A DNA stretch of 64,000 bases from Malacoraja senta (lineage: Eukaryota). The DNA is taken from positions 124,001-188,000 of the forward strand of contig JAXLNO010000406.1 in the NCBI GenBank assembly GCA_038087875.1, read 5' to 3'. This document shows, one piece after another, positions 1-13,889 of the stretch; within the stretch, counting starts at the first letter, position 1, and each line of letters starts with the position of its first letter. Position numbers and translations under genes: made by a program. The notes beneath the pieces were generated by a model. It saw only the letters and a program-made list of their open reading frames with translations. It did no database searches and was not told where the DNA came from.

Positions 1-14
1 CTGCCCCCTGCTGG
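1..14 (-). promoter_or_regulatory. CTCF-like motif (CCAGCAGGGGGCAG), also at 42556-42569
   Basis: Reverse complement fits the CTCF core CCASYAGRKGGCRS; kept in both duplicated copies. Motif match only. Confidence 0.4.
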
Positions 15-559
15 AGTTATGACATCATTGTTATTAACTAGCCACCATTTTGAAGCATTGTCAGATCGGGGGAGTTTAACCCGCCACGGGTACCATGTCA
101 TCCCGTGCTACCTGCCCCATGGTCCTATAGTCGGCGACTAAACCGTCCCCCACCTGGTTTGCTAGGCGAGGAGGGGGCTGTGGACCCCCAGCAGGTCCAA
201 ATACAAGACCTGTCAAAGGGCGGATGAGCTTCTAGCGAGCCCACGGCCATCCACACTTCAGTAGAAGTTGCGATCACTGTCGTACATAGCATTGTAAGGA
301 GTGAAGACAAATATGAAATGAAATTCTTCCCTCTCCTTGCTTTTCAAAAGAGAAGTTAATTAAAAAAATAATGAATTAGTGATGGAGTCGCGTCAGACAA
401 ACTAGCATTGACCTCAGCCAGGAGTTTTGTCTTGGACGAAAACACCCAGTTACTTATTCAATTGATTTAAAATGGATTTATCTAAATCTAGTTAAAACTA
501 GTCCCAAAAAGTTAATCTGCGAGTCTAATTGGTAGTAAAGAAAGCAAACTCAAGAGAGC

Positions 560-1160
560 TTGTATACAAAAACAGGGATGTAATGCTGAGGCTCTATCAG
601 GCGCTGGTAAGGCCGCATTTGGAATATTATGAGTAATTTTGGACATCATATCTGAGGAAGGATGTGCTGGCTCTGGAGAAGGGCCTGAGGAGGTTTACAA
701 GAATAATCCCAGGAATGAGTAGGTTAACCTATGATGAGCTTTTGTACTCGCAGGAGTTTAGAATGATGAGGGGGGCCCTCATTGAAACATACAGAATAGT
801 AAAAGGCTTCGATAGAGAGGATGTGGAGAGGATGTTTCCACTAGTGGGAGAGTCTAGGGCTAGAGGTCATAGCCTCAGAATTAACGGACTTTCTTTTAGG
901 AAGGAGATGATGAGAAAGTTCTTTCGTCAGCGGCTGGTTAATCTGTGGAATTCTTTGCCACAATAAACTGTGGAGTCCAAGTCAGTGGATATTTTTAAGG
1001 CAGAGATAGATAGATTCTTGATTAGTACGGGAGTTAGCAGTTTTGGGGAGAAGGCAGGAGAATGGGTTTAGGAGGGAGAGTTAGGTCAGCCATTATAGTA
1101 TGGCGGAGTGGACTTGATGGGCCGACCGGCCTAATTTTACTCCTATCACTATGATATTAT
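560..1160 (+). mobile_element. CR1-type LINE 3' fragment
   Basis: RT C-terminal remnant 'RRFTRIIPGM...RGHSLRI...VNLWNSLPQ' followed by a CR1-type 3' tail. Confidence 0.85.
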
Positions 1161-2116
1161 GATCTTAAGCATTGAAATGTGGTATCAATGTGCTGACCAG
1201 GATTGTTATCAAAATGTATGGGCAATCTTCAGAGAGGGAAATCTGTGCCATAACTCTCTCTGACTTGTCAGTGACTGAAGTTTCTGGTGACTCAGTGTTG
1301 GCCCTGTTGGAATCGCGAGGTTCACAGTTATTAACTGTCTATCATGTTGAGGCATTGCTTGAATTAGATTCGTCAGGGAAACTATCATTCACCTCAGTCA
1401 AGGCTTTTTCTCAGCGGAATACGCCCAGCTATTTGTCCAGGCAAAGATCCTCTTACGCACATACACCTAAAAAATTGAGATCTTGTGCCGAATTTCTCAC
1501 TGTACTGCAGCTGCTGGTTTAAATCGAAGGTAGACAACAAATGCTGGAGTAACTTAGCGGGACAGGCAGAGAAGGAATGGGTGATGTTTCGTGTCGAGAC
1601 CCTACTTCAGACTCAATTAATCAATTAATCCGATTCAGACCCGATGAATCTCCTCTGTTCCCTCTCCAGCATAAACACATCCTTCCTTGAGCGTGTCGAC
1701 CTGCACACAATACACCAAGTGAGGCTGACCAGCCTTGATTGCCTTACATGTGACCCAGAGCACCAACAATTTCCATGTCAGTACAAATGTACTTCGCATG
1801 CCGACGGCACGGAAAGTGGTCGTTAATATATATCATAACCACCAACAAGCCCAGGACAGATCCCTGCTGAAGACCACTGCGAACAGATAGCCACTACCAT
1901 TCCATACCTTTCAATCACAAAACTATCCTGATGCTCATACCCTCTGCCTCCTTAAACCAAGTCAATCTTGGATCCAATTATCCAGGTCATATCGGATATC
2001 ATATGCCTTCTCTTTCGCCACTCGCCCACCATGAGGGAACATGTCCAATGCCCCACGAAAGCCCATATATTGGTTTAGCCGGAGTTGAATGAATTCTTGG
2101 TTACAGGTCCAGGATC

Positions 2117-5100
2117 AATAGACAATAAACAATAGACAATAGGTGCAGGAGTAGGCCATTCGGCCCTTCGAGCCCTTCGATGTGATCATGGCTGATCATC
2201 CCCAATCAGTACCCCGTTCCTGCCTTCTCCTCATATCCCCTGACTCCGCTATTTTTAAGAGCCCTATCTAGCTATCTCTTGAAATCGTCCAGAGAATCGG
2301 CCTCCACCGCCCTCTGAGGCAGAGAATTCCACAGACTCACCACTCTCTGTGAGAAAAAGTGTTTCCTCGTCTCGGTTCTAAATGGCTTACTCCTTATTCT
2401 TAAACTGTGGCCCTGATCCTGGACTCTCTCAACATCGGGAATACGTTTCCTGCCTCTACCGTGTCCAAACCCTTAACAATCTTATATGAGATACCCTCTC
2501 ATCCTTCTAAACTCCAGAGTGTACAAGCTCAGCAGCTCCATTCTCTCAGCATATGACAGTCCCGCCATCCCGGGAATTAACCTTGTAAACGTACGCTGCA
2601 CTCCCTCAATAGCAACAATGCCCTTCCTCAAATTAGAGGACCAAAACTGCACACAATACTCCAGGTGTGGTCTCACTAGGGCTCAGTACAACTGCAGAAG
2701 GACCTCTTTGCTCCTCTATTCGATTCCTCTTGTTATAAAGGGCAATATGCCATTCGCTTTCTTCACTGCCTGCTGTACCTGCATGCTTACTTTCATACAC
2801 TGATGTAGAAGGACCCCCAGATCCCGTTGTACTTCCCCTTTTCCCAACTTGACGCCATTTAGATAGTAATTTGCCTTCCTGTTTTTGCTACCAAAGTGGA
2901 TAACCTCACATTTATCCGCATTAAACTTCATCTGCCACGCATCTTCCCACTCCCCCAACCTGTACAAGTCACCCTGAATTCTCATAGCATCCTCCTCACA
3001 GTTCACACTGCCACCCAGCTTGGTGTCATCTGCAAATTTGCTAATGTTACTTTGAATCCCTTCATCCAAATCATTGATGTATATTGTAAATAGCTGCGGT
3101 CCCAGCACCGAGCCTTGCGGTGCCCCACTGGTCACTGCCTGCCATTCTGAAAGGGAGCCGTTAATCCCTACTCTTCGTTTCATGTCTGCCAACTACTTCT
3201 CTATGTCAGCACTATACCCCCAATACCATGTGCCCTAATTTTGCCCTTTAATCTCCTATGTGGGACATTATCAAATGCTTTCTGAAAGTCCAGGTACACT
3301 ACCTCCACTGTCTCTCCCTTGTCCATTTTCCTAGTTACATCTTCAAAAAATTCCAGAAGATTAGTCAAGCATGATTTCCCCTTCCCTAAATCCATGCTGA
3401 CTCGGACCGATCCTGTTACTGGTATCCAAAAGTTTGTCTATCTGATCTTTTATAATTTACTCCAGCATCTTCCCCACCACCGATGTCAGGCTAACTGGTC
3501 TTTAATTCCCTATTTTCTCTCTCACGCCTTTCTTAAATAGTGGGATAACATTAGCTACCCTCCAATCCACATAAACTGATTCTGAGTCTATAGAACATTG
3601 GAAAATTATCACCAATGCATCCACAATTTCTATAGCCACTTCCTCAAGTACCCTGGGATGCAGACCATCAGGCCCTGGGGATTCATCAGCCTTCAGTCCC
3701 ATCAGTCTATCCAACAACATTTCCTGCCTAATGTGGATTTCCTTCAGTTCCTCCGTCACCCCAGATCCTCTGGCCACTACTATATTAGGAAGATTGTTTG
3801 TGTCCTCCTTAGTGAAGACAGATCCAAAGTACCTGTTCAACCCATCTGCCATTTCCTTGTTCCCCATAATAAATTCACCTTTTTCGGTCTTCAAGGGTCC
3901 AACTTTGGTCTTAATTAATTTTTTCCTCTTCACATACCTAAAGAAGCTTTTACTATCCTGCTTTATATTCTTGGCTAGCTTACCTTCGTACCTCATCTTT
4001 TCTTCCGTATTGTCTTTATGGTTATCTTCTGTTGTTCTTTAAACATTACCCAATCCTTTTGCTTCCCGCTCATCTTTGCTACGTTGTACTTCTTCGCTTT
4101 AATTTTTATACTGCCGTCCCTTGTCAGCCATGGTCGTCCCTTTCTCCCCTTGAATCTTTCTTCCTCCTAGGAATGAACTGATCCTGCACCTTCTGTATTA
4201 TTCCTAGAAACACCTGCCATTTTTATTCCACTGTCATCCCTGCTAGTGTATCTTTCCAGTCAACTTTGGCGAGCTCCTCCCTCATGGCCCCATAGTCCCC
4301 TTTATTGAACTGCAACACTGACACCTCTGAGTCTACTCATCTCCCTCTCCAATTGTAGATTAAACCTGACCATGTTATGGTCACTGCCTCCTAATGCTTA
4401 TTAACCTCGAGGTCCTTTATCAAATCCGGTTCATTACATAACACTAAATCCAGAATTGCCTTCTCCCCGGTAGGCTCCAATCCAAGCTGTTCAAGAGAAT
4501 GCATCACGAAGGCACTCTAGTCCAGTACCAACCTTGTTTCCAGTCTACCTGCATGTTGAAATCTCCCATAACAACCATGGCATTACTTTTGCTACATGCC
4601 AATTTGAACTCCCTGATTCAACTTGCGCCTATGTCCAGGCTACTGTTTTGGTGCCTGCAGATTAGTCCCATTAGGTATTTTTACCCTTACAATTCGTTAG
4701 TTCTATCCATACTTACTTCACTTCTCCTGTTTCAATGTCACCCCTTGCAAGGGACAGGATTTTATTCCTCACCAACAGGGCAACCCCACCCCCTCTGCCA
4801 CCTGTCTGCCTTTTCGATAGAGGTATATACTTGAATATTCAGTTCCCAGCCCTGGCCCTCTTGCAGCCATGTCTCAGTAATTCTCACAACATCATACTTG
4901 CCAATTTCTAACTGAGCCTCAAGCTCTTCCACTTTATTCCGTATACTTTGCGCATTCATATACAGCACTTTGACCTCCGTATTCACTTCCCCCCTCGCAA
5001 TTGTCCTGACCTTACTCTGTTGTCCATTCTCGAACTTTCCTTCCCATTAATTCGAGAATCTTTTGTAATTTTTCATGCAGTCACTTCCCCTTCAACTCCA

Positions 5101-6120
5101 TCTTGATACTCCCAATTTGTCAATCCCCTCCCCACCACTATTTGGTTCAAACCCACACGTGTAGCCCCTAGCAACCTGCCTGCCAGAATGTCGGTCCCCC
5201 TCCAGTTAAGGTGTAACCCGTCCCTTTTGTACAAGTCACCCATACCCCAGAACAGATTCCAGTGGTCTATTAATCTAAATCCTTGCTCACATGCTCCAGC
5301 CCCTCAGCGACACATTCAGATCCCGTACTCCCTGTTCCTGTCCTCACAAGCACAAGGTACTGGAAGCAATCCAGAGATAACCACCCTAGAAGTCAGGGCA
5401 TTTCAGACTTCTTCCCAACTCTCTGAAGTCATGTTGGAGAACCTCCTTCCTCTTCTTCCGATGTCGTTTGTTTGCAACGTGCAAAACTACTACCGGCTGT
5501 TCACCTTATCTCTCTCTCTCTCCGAATGTTCTGAATTTGGCTCGTGACATCCTGAACCCTGGCACCAGGGAGGCAACAGACAATCCTCGCATCTCATCTG
5601 CCGCCACAGAATCTCCTGTCCGCTCCTCGGACAACGGAGTTACCCACCGGTCGCCGGTCGAGTCCCATCTCTAGGATTGGAGCCACCGACGTGTCCACCG
5701 CTCGGACTGGAAACATCGTCTCCCCGGACAGTTCCCAAGAGGGCGTAAACCTGGGGTTTCATTAGCCACAGCCACCTGGATCTTCTGCACTCCCGATTTC
5801 CACCCTTTCTCTAGCGTCACACACCTTGGTTCTTCTATATCCTCGGCGTGACTACCTCAGTGTAGGTCCTGCCATGAAACTCTCGTTTTCCCGGATGGCC
5901 CTGAGGTCATCCAGCTGCTTCTCAGTACCCCAACACGGCCTTTAGGAGCTGAAGCTGGACGCACTTGCCACAGTTGTAGCAGATAGAGGCTCCATCCTTG
6001 TCCCTGGGCTCCCACATTCTGCAAGCCTCACACTGTTACATCTGCCCCGACATGTGTTCATCTGCCTCAACTCCTCCTGTGTGCCAGTTCCACACTGGCC
6101 CCAATTCTCCAATATTACAT
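2117..6120 (-). mobile_element. Near full-length degenerate CR1 (HER1-like) LINE
   Basis: Fragmented endonuclease ('[17 protein letters not shown]'), RT ('YLDFQKAFD', 'PQGSVLGP', '[10 protein letters not shown]'), ORF1 remnants and a (CTATTGT)n-type tail near 2117. Confidence 0.93.
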
Positions 6121-6502
6121 CCGATATTCTGCCTGCCTTTATAAATACTTCCTGTTACCACTTATCTCAATCCGCTGCTTGATAATCTGATTCCCTCTCC
6201 ACCACCTAACAGCGAGATCTCACAAAACCCTGCCCAACCGCTCCAAATGCCCACCCGCAATCTCTCCATCATCCCCTCTCTCTCTCTATTTACACACACA
6301 ATCCCAACTCCGCTGCCCGACCCGCTCTTGCAATCCACGAGCCTCCCCTTTTCTCGGAGTGAAATGTGGCGAAAGGTTTGTGTTGTCCATCTCACGTAAT
6401 TGGGTGACACCCCGGGCAAGGTTTCAGTTGTCCGCCCGCCTGTGCCCGATCTCCCCCCGACCCCCGGGGACTGACTCTCTGATTCTCTGCTTCTCCCCCC
6501 AG

Positions 6503-7035
6503 TCTCCGTCACCCTGGATGTGGAAACAGCGCATGCGCAGCTCGAGGTGTCTGAGGATCGGAAGAGGGTGAGATGGACCCGGACCTGGAGGAGTCTCCCT
6601 GACACCGGGAAGAGGTTTACAGTGTATGCGTGTGTGCTGGGATCGGAGGGATTCACATCGGGGAGACATTACTGGGAGGTGGAGGTGGCGGGGAGTCAGT
6701 ACTGGAGTCTGGGAGTCGCCGCAGAGTCTGTGGAGAGGAAGAGAGATTTCACACCGACCCCGGAGACTGGAGTCTGGAGCATCAGGCGGTGGGATGACGG
6801 GTTTGTTGCATTCACCTCCCCTCGATCCCCTCTCCCCGCCCGTCCCATCCCCGGGAGGGTGGGAGTTTATCTCAGTTACGAGTTCGGGACAGTTTCATTT
6901 TACGACGCGGACACCAAGTCCCATCTCCACACCTTCACTGGGAATAAATTCACGGAGAAACTTTATCCTTTCTTCTGGACTTGGAAGGAAAACCAGTGGC
7001 TGCGAATCTGCTCCGGTTCCGCTCCGGGTGTGTAA
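6503..7035 (+). CDS. Terminal B30.2 (PRY-SPRY) exon of a TRIM gene; upstream exons probably lie left of the window
   Basis: Acceptor 'ttctccccccag|TC TCC GTC ACC CTG GAT', phase 1; [41 protein letters not shown]; open to TAA; AATAAA near 7181 and 7219. Confidence 0.93.
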
Positions 7036-8288
7036 AAGGGTCGGGTCCCGGGACCGGCGTCAGGAGCGGAGCTCAGCCAGGTGCTGTGGGGCAGAAACCC
7101 GGTGGACAACAGGTCGGCGCTGAACGAACGGCTCCCATTTAATCCCCAAATTCCGCGACGTAAAACCCCAATGAGCGGGGAAATAAAACCAGGGGGAATG
7201 TAAATGTGGGAAGAGTGAAATAAATAGCAACTGAAATCAGAGCTGTCTGTCGATCCGTTCAATTTAACGCGTTAACCGCGTCCGGCAAACGAACAGAAAT
7301 TACTTTTGTGAAAATATGAAGATTGAAACAATCTCCCTTCCCGCGGGTTCAGCAGCAGCCGCGGGCGGCGGGTCCTGAGCTCCGGGCTCCCCCGGGTCCT
7401 AAAGTCCGCTGACCCGTTTGGAAGGGTGCAAGAGTCGTCTGGCAAAATAAAACTCCGGTAAAAGTGACCATGCGGTGGTGCAAAAAAGAAGGGCGGATGA
7501 TTTGGAAATTACTAAAGGGGGGGGGGGAGGGGTAAGCTGAATGCAGAGAACGCGAAACAGAAGGTTTGTTAATTACGTGAAAATGTTGAATTCTGTACGG
7601 TGAAAACGAGAAACTCGTGTGACGTGGATGGGTTGGGTGGGGGGGGGGGGGTAGAGATACAGAGGGAATGCCGGGGCTATCTGAAGATGGTTGGTCTTAA
7701 AACGGGACTGTCATATGCTGAGAGAATGGAGCGTCTGTGCTTGTAATTTAGAAGGATGAGAGGAGATCTTATTGACACATAAGATTATTAAGGGGTTGGA
7801 CACGCTAGAGGCAGGAAACAAGTTCCTGATGTTGGGGGAGTCCAGAACGAGGGGCCACAGTTTAAGAATAAGGGGTAGGCCATTTACAACGGAGATGAGG
7901 AAACACTTTTTCACACAGAGAGTTGTGGGTCTGTGGAATTCTCTGCCTCACCCTTAATAATCTTAGAGGTTTCAATAAGATACCCTCTCATCCTAAATTC
8001 CAGAGTATACAAACCCAGCCGCTCCATTCTCCCAGCTTATGAAAGTCCCGCCATCCAGGGAATTAACCTTGTAAACCTACACTGCACTCCCTCAATAGCA
8101 AGAATGTCCTTTCTCAAATTAGGGGACCAAAACTGCACACAATACTCCAGGTGTGGTCTCACAAGGGCCCTGTACAACTGCAGGACCTCTTTGCTCCTAT
8201 ACTCAACTCCTTGTGACCTTAACAATTAATAATTTTGGCGGTCAAATATGGGGCAGAAACTCCATTCGCAACAGATTGACGCTAAACA

Positions 8289-9066
8289 TAGAAAATAGGT
8301 GCAAGGGTAGGCCATTCGGCCCTTCGAGCCTGCACAGCCATTCAATATGATCATGGCTGATCATCCAACTCAGTATCCTGTACCTGCCTTCTCTCCATAC
8401 CCCCTGAACCCTTTAGCCACAAGGGCCACATCTAACTCCCTCTTAAATATACCCAATGAACTGGCCTCAATTACCTTCTGTGGCAGAGAATTCCAGAGAT
8501 TCACCACTCTCTGTGTGAAAAATGTTTTTCTCATCTCGGTCCTAAAAGATTTTCCCTTTATCCTTAAACTGTGACACCTTGTCCTGGACTTCCCCAACAT
8601 CGGGAACAATCTTCCTGCATCTATCCTGTCCAACCCCTTAAGAATTTTTTTACGTTTCTATAACATCCCCCCTCAATCTTCTAAATTCTAGCGAGTACAA
8701 GCTGAGTCTATCCAGTCTTTCTACATATGAAAGTCCTGACATTCCAGGAATCAGTCTGGTGAACCTTCTCTGTACTCCCTCTATGGCAAGAATGTCTTTT
8801 CTCAGATTTGGAGACCAAAACTGTACGCAATACTCCAGGTGTGGTCTCACCAAGACCCTGTACAACTGCAGTAGAACCTCCCTGCTCCTGTACTCAAATC
8901 CTTTTGCTATGAATGCTAACATACCATTCGCTTTCTTCACTGCCTGCTGCACCTGCATGCCTACTTTCAATGACTGGTGTACCATGACACCCAGGTCTCG
9001 TTGCATCTCCCCTTTTCCTAATCGGCCACTATTCAGATAATAGTCTACTTTCCTGTTTTTGCCACC
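8289..9066 (-). mobile_element. CR1/HER1-like LINE 3' fragment
   Basis: '[28 protein letters not shown]...[13 protein letters not shown]'; it interrupts sequence that is contiguous in the inverted paralog near 31720. Confidence 0.9.
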
Positions 9067-9429
9067 AACAAGTTACATTTAACCACCAAATTATAAATTA
9101 TAAAGCCACAAGGAACTTGGAAATAGAACTGGTCAAAAAAAGGCATGGAAATGTAACTGAATTTGGGGATGTGAATGCAATAATGTTTAACTGTATCTCC
9201 ACCACCTCGATCAACTCAGACTTGGAGTTAACTACTACTCTTTTCACAGATGCTGCTTGGCCTGCAGAGTTTTTGGTATCATTGTTTGCTTTTCTTTCAG
9301 ATTTGTGACACCAGCAGTATTTCTTCGATTTTAATAGGCCCCTGCAATAACAAATTATCGCAAAAATGTGAAGGGAATATGAAGTGTGGGCAGATTCAGA
9401 TTGGGACGGGGAGATCTTCCTGTAGCCTT

Positions 9430-9626
9430 CCTGGAGCTATGCAATTGAAATGTGGTAGCTGCACCCTGCCTGGAGTGTTATGCAGTTGAAATGTGGTGGC
9501 CTGCACCCTGCCTGGAGTGCTATGCAATTGAAATGTGGTGGCTGCACCCTGCCTGGAGTGCTATGCAGTTGAAATGTGGTGGCTGCACCCTGCCTGGAGT
9601 GCTATGCAATTGAAATGTGGTGGCCT
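9430..9626. repeat. Minisatellite, ~41-42 bp unit (left part)
   Basis: Tandem 'ctgcaccctgcctggagtgctatgcaattgaaatgtggtggc'. Confidence 0.9.
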
Positions 9627-11920
9627 CAGGGCCGGATTTACGTATAAGTTTGACAAGCTTAAGCTTAGGGCCTCGAGATCTAGGGGGGCCTCGCAGATCC
9701 GGATTTACCACTAGGCTTCATAGGCTGAAGCCCAGGGCCTCGAAATCTAGGGGGCCTCCGGCCAAGGCAGGACGCCTGCCGTTCAACTCTGGGCGGGCCC
9801 CCCTCTCCATCTCTCTCTCTCCGTCTCCGCCCGCCATCCGTATCCGGGCCGCTGGGTCTCCGCTCTCCACTCCTCATCCGCCGGCACGGCCGGCCGCCTT
9901 GCACATGCGCACTGCTACGGCCAGCACGTCCTCCCCCTGCAGCGTGGAAACAGGCCCTTCAGCCCACCGAGTCCACGCCGACCACTGATCACCCGTACAC
10001 TAGTTCTTTCCCACACATCAGCGGAGTAAGTCAAGAGTCAAGAGTGTTTTATTCTCTCACGTCCCAGTTAGAACAATGAAATCCTTACTTGCAGCAGCAC
10101 AACAGAATATGTAAACATAGTACTCTGTAAACAATATTATAAACGAGAAAACAAAACGGTGTATATTTATATATGAATATATAACTATATAAATATATAT
10201 ATATATATATGTGTGTGTGTATAATATATATACCCACACACAGACACAATTTCCCTCCTGGATTAATGTTCTATCGTATAGTATCATGTGTGTAGGAAGG
10301 AAGTGCAGATGCTGGTTTAAACTGAAGATACACACAAAAAGCTGGTGTAACTCAACAGGTCAGACAGAATCTCTGGACAAAAGGAAAATATTACGTTTTG
10401 GGTTGGGTCTGAAATAGGTTCCTGCACACCTTTGGAATGTGGAAGGAAACAAGAGCACCCGGAGAAAACCCATGTGATCAAAGGGAAAAGGAGCAAACTC
10501 CATACAGACAGCACCAATATTCAGGATCAATTCCGGGACTCTGGCAATTTTAGGCAGCAACTTTATGGCCAATGTACAGCCCCAGAGTCTTGAACAATTA
10601 AAACGACAAGTGTGGCATTTCCTGCGGTTGCAAGGGAAAGTGCCAGGAGAGGGGGTGGTTTGGGTGGGAAGGGGCAAATTGACCAGGGAGTTTACGGAGG
10701 GAGCGGTCTCTGCGGAAAGCCAACAGGGGAGGAGATGAGAAGATGTGGCCAGTGGTGGGATCCCATTGGTAGAGAAAAAAGCTGGAGCAAATCAGCGGGT
10801 AAGGCAGCATCTGTGGAGCGAAGGAATAGACGATGATTCGGGTCGAGACCCTTCTTCAGATTGATGTCAAGGGGGGGACATGAAAAATGAAGGAAGAGGC
10901 GGAGACAGTAGGCTGTGGGAGAGCTGGGAATGGGAGATGAAGGTGGGAGAAAGCAAGGACTACCTGAAATTAGAGAAGCCAATGTGCATACCGCTGGGGT
11001 GTAAACTACCCAAGCAAATATGAGGTGCTGCTCCTCCAATATGCGGTGGGCCTCACTCAGGCCATGGAGGAGGCCCAGGACAGAAAGGTCGGATTCGGAA
11101 TGGGAAGGGGAGTTGAAGTGTTGAGCCACCGGGAGATCAGGTTGGTTATTGCGAACTGAATGGAGGTGTTGTGCGAAGCGATCGCCAAGCCTGCGCTTGG
11201 TCTCATCGAGGTTGATCATACGCTGAATAATCCAACCACATTTTTGTTTGGAAGTGGAAAGAAATAATAGAAATTGCATTCAGTGCAACGTGTAAAAAGA
11301 GTTGAGATACTGTATTATAATTTTGCTGCATGTCATTGTGGTATATATCATGTCTTGATTGGTGAATATGTTTAGTTTGTGGATTTATTTGAAACAGAAA
11401 TAATATCTGAGTACTTCATTGAGCATAATTCCGACCGGTAACTACGCATTTCGTCCGATCACATTATCGCACGCGTCATGCAAGCCATCTTAAATGACCA
11501 CCTAAACTGTCATTTGGCAACTTAAAAAGCTGCCAAGGTTGCCCGGCTGACAACAGAGAGAAAAAATTAAGTGAGAGCCCTGCAAGGTGTATAATATTTT
11601 TGACACTGTCATAGGCCTTTCTTACATATGCTGTCACAACGCACTGTAGTCTCTAAACAAACCTTCAGTAATTTTCCTTGCCCTCCATTTCAGAATAATA
11701 GTGTTTTAAGCCATTAACTCGACACTAGCAGTGGCAATAAATAAGTAAATAAATAAATAAAGCGCAGCTTTTCAGCCCCTTGTCTCATTGGCCACGCTCG
11801 GCTGCAAATCGGTGTCAATCTGGTGGACCATCTTCCTCTAGTCGTGGAGGTGGGGGATTGGGGGGGGGGGGCTCACAAGTGGAACAGCTTAGGGCCTCTC
11901 TTCATCTAAATCCGGCCCTG
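9627..11920. mobile_element. Non-autonomous hAT-like DNA transposon with nested inserts
   Basis: Perfect 14-bp TIRs CAGGGCCGGATTTA / TAAATCCGGCCCTG and 8-bp TSD GGTGGCCT (9619-9626, 11921-11928); no transposase seen. Confidence 0.88.
10610..11215 (-). mobile_element. Penelope-like element fragment (GIY-YIG endonuclease C-terminal part and pLTR)
   Basis: 'ETKRRLGDRFAQHLHSVR..PVAQHFNSPSHS..LEEQHLIF' and 'FPCNRRKCHTC'. Confidence 0.8.
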
Positions 11921-12230
11921 GGTGGCCTGCACCCTGCCTGGAGTGCTATGCAATTGAAATGTGGTGGCCTGCACCCTGCCTGGAGTTCTATGCAATTGAA
12001 ACGTGGAGGCCTGCACCCTGCCTGGAGTGTAATGCAATTGAAATGTGGTGGCCTGCACCCTGCCTGGGGTGCCATGTAATTGAATGTGGTGGACTGCACC
12101 CTGCCTGGAGTGCTAAGCAATTGAATGTGCTTGCCTGCACCCTGCATGGAGTGCTATGCAATTGAACGTGATGGCCTGTACCCTGCCTGGAGTGCTATGC
12201 AATTGAACGTGGTGGCCTGCACCCTGCCTG
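11921..12230. repeat. Minisatellite, ~41-42 bp unit (right part)
   Basis: Same unit as 9430-9626, resuming right after the hAT TIR. Confidence 0.9.
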
Positions 12231-12256
12231 AAATGGAATTTCAAGGAATAGCCATG

Positions 12257-12391
12257 AGTGAGCTGCCAGCCACCAGCCCTGAGTGACTGAGTTGCCAACC
12301 CACCAGCCCTGAATGACTGAGCTGCCAGCCCACCAGCCCTGAGTGACTGAGCTGCCAGCCCACCAGGCCTGAGTGACTGAGCTGTCAGCCC
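12257..12391. repeat. 30-bp tandem repeat
   Basis: About 4.5 copies of 'gagtgactgagctgccagcccaccagccct'. Confidence 0.85.
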
Positions 12392-12769
12392 AAGACTCCA
12401 TTCGGCTCACAATGTCCACACTAGCCCTCTGGAAACCAGTCCGTTCGGCCCACTACACCTATACTAGCGCTCCAGGAAGCCCCCCACTGGCCACTAATAT
12501 TGGGAATTGGGGGAGACATGGAATATTGTGTTGGGGGACCAGCCCTCCCGTGTGAACTGCTGGAGGATCTCTGGTGGAGTTACTGCCTTACGGCGCGACA
12601 GACTCGGATTCCATTCGGACTACGTTGTTATCTCAACCTGTCACCTGCCTGCGTTTTCTCCGGGTGCGCCGGTTTCTCCCCGTTTCCCACACGTGCAGGT
12701 TTGTACATAATTTGCTTCTGTGAATTGTCCCTAAACAATTGTTCCTAAAGAATTCTGTGAATTGTTCTC

Positions 12770-13120
12770 TTGAACCTCTACATGTGTGCAGTGGAGAGCA
12801 TGTTGACTGGTTGCATCGTGGCCTGATTCGGCAACTTGAAATGCCCAGGAGCGAAGAAGCCTGCCAAATGTTGTGAACACTGCCCAGTCCATCACGGGTT
12901 CTGACCTCCCCAACCATCGAAGGGATTTTCCGGGGTCGCTGCCTCAAAAAGGCAGCCAGCATCATCAAAGATCCACACCACCCTGGCCATACATTCATCT
13001 CACCACTACCATCGGGTAGAAGGTACAGGAGCCTGAAAACTGTAACGTCCAGGTTCACGAACAGTTTCTTCCCAACAGCCATTGGGCTATTAGACACGAC
13101 AACCTCAAATGGGCTCTGAA
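12770..13120 (+). mobile_element. Rex1/Babar-type LINE 3' fragment
   Basis: Reverse complement of the family at 20770-21400 ('KKAASIIKDPHHPGH...PSGRRYRSL'). Confidence 0.7.
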
Positions 13121-13889
13121 TCAACATAGACTATTATTATTATTGCACTATTATTGTTTGTTCGTTTTTCTGTGTGTGTGTGTGTGTGTGTGAGCACACC
13201 CTTTTCCCCATGTTTATATTGTTTACAGTGTACTGTGTTTTACTCCTTTTGTATTTTATTTATTTCACATGTTTAATCAATAATGTTTTATTATTAATGT
13301 TTTATGTGTCATTCCTAACTGTCACTGTATGTCGTTGTCACTTGCAGGCGGAGCACCAAGGCAAATTCCTTGTATGTGAATACTTGGCCAATAAACGTAT
13401 TCATTCATTCATTCGCATATTCTGTTGTGCTGCTGCAAGTAAGAATGTCATTTTTCTACCTGGGACATTTGACAATAAAGCACTCTCGACTATATTTCCA
13501 TTCTGAATAAAGTTTATTTTGGAGGGGAAATATCTGCTGACAGTCAGGCGGTTGTGTCCCTTTCTCTCCTGCTCGTTCCCTCTCTCCACCCCCGCACCCC
13601 CGATGGCAAAGCACCTCTGAATAGGCTGGGAGTGGGTGACCGTTTGAGCATCGGTGCAAGTGGCCATCACTAATCTCACACCTTACCTGCCGTTTCCCTA
13701 TCCACTGACACTAGTCTGAAGAAGGATCTCGACCCGAAACGTCACCCATTCCTTCTCTCCAGAGATGCTGCCTGTCCCCGCTGAGTTACCCCAGAATTTT
13801 GTGACTGATCTCACACATGCCATTCCTTTACTAATGATGATCCATTGAACAAATGCGCAAAGACACAAACCCACACTGATATTTATACT

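Larger units (their letters stand above)
1..7409 (+). repeat. Segmental duplication copy 1 (TRIM last intron with CR1, B30.2 exon and 3' UTR); may extend left of the window
   Basis: Near-identical to 42556-49461 from 'ctgccccctgctggagttatgac' to 'gggtcctaaagtccgc'; ORF-track pairs match (1172/43175, 1644/43647, 6520/48553). Confidence 0.95.

Noticed and set aside
1172..1826. 116-aa and 60-aa ORFs conserved at 43175-43829
   Set aside because: Conservation is explained by the recent duplication; intronic, no recognisable domain, and they run into repeat sequence.
6162..7123. Antisense and alternative-frame ORFs over B30.2 exons (also near 14.3, 32, 48.5 and 59 kb)
   Set aside because: Shadow ORFs of GC-rich coding sequence.
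9430..12391. Regular repeats resembling a CRISPR array
   Set aside because: No unique spacers, no cas genes, eukaryotic context; these are minisatellites.
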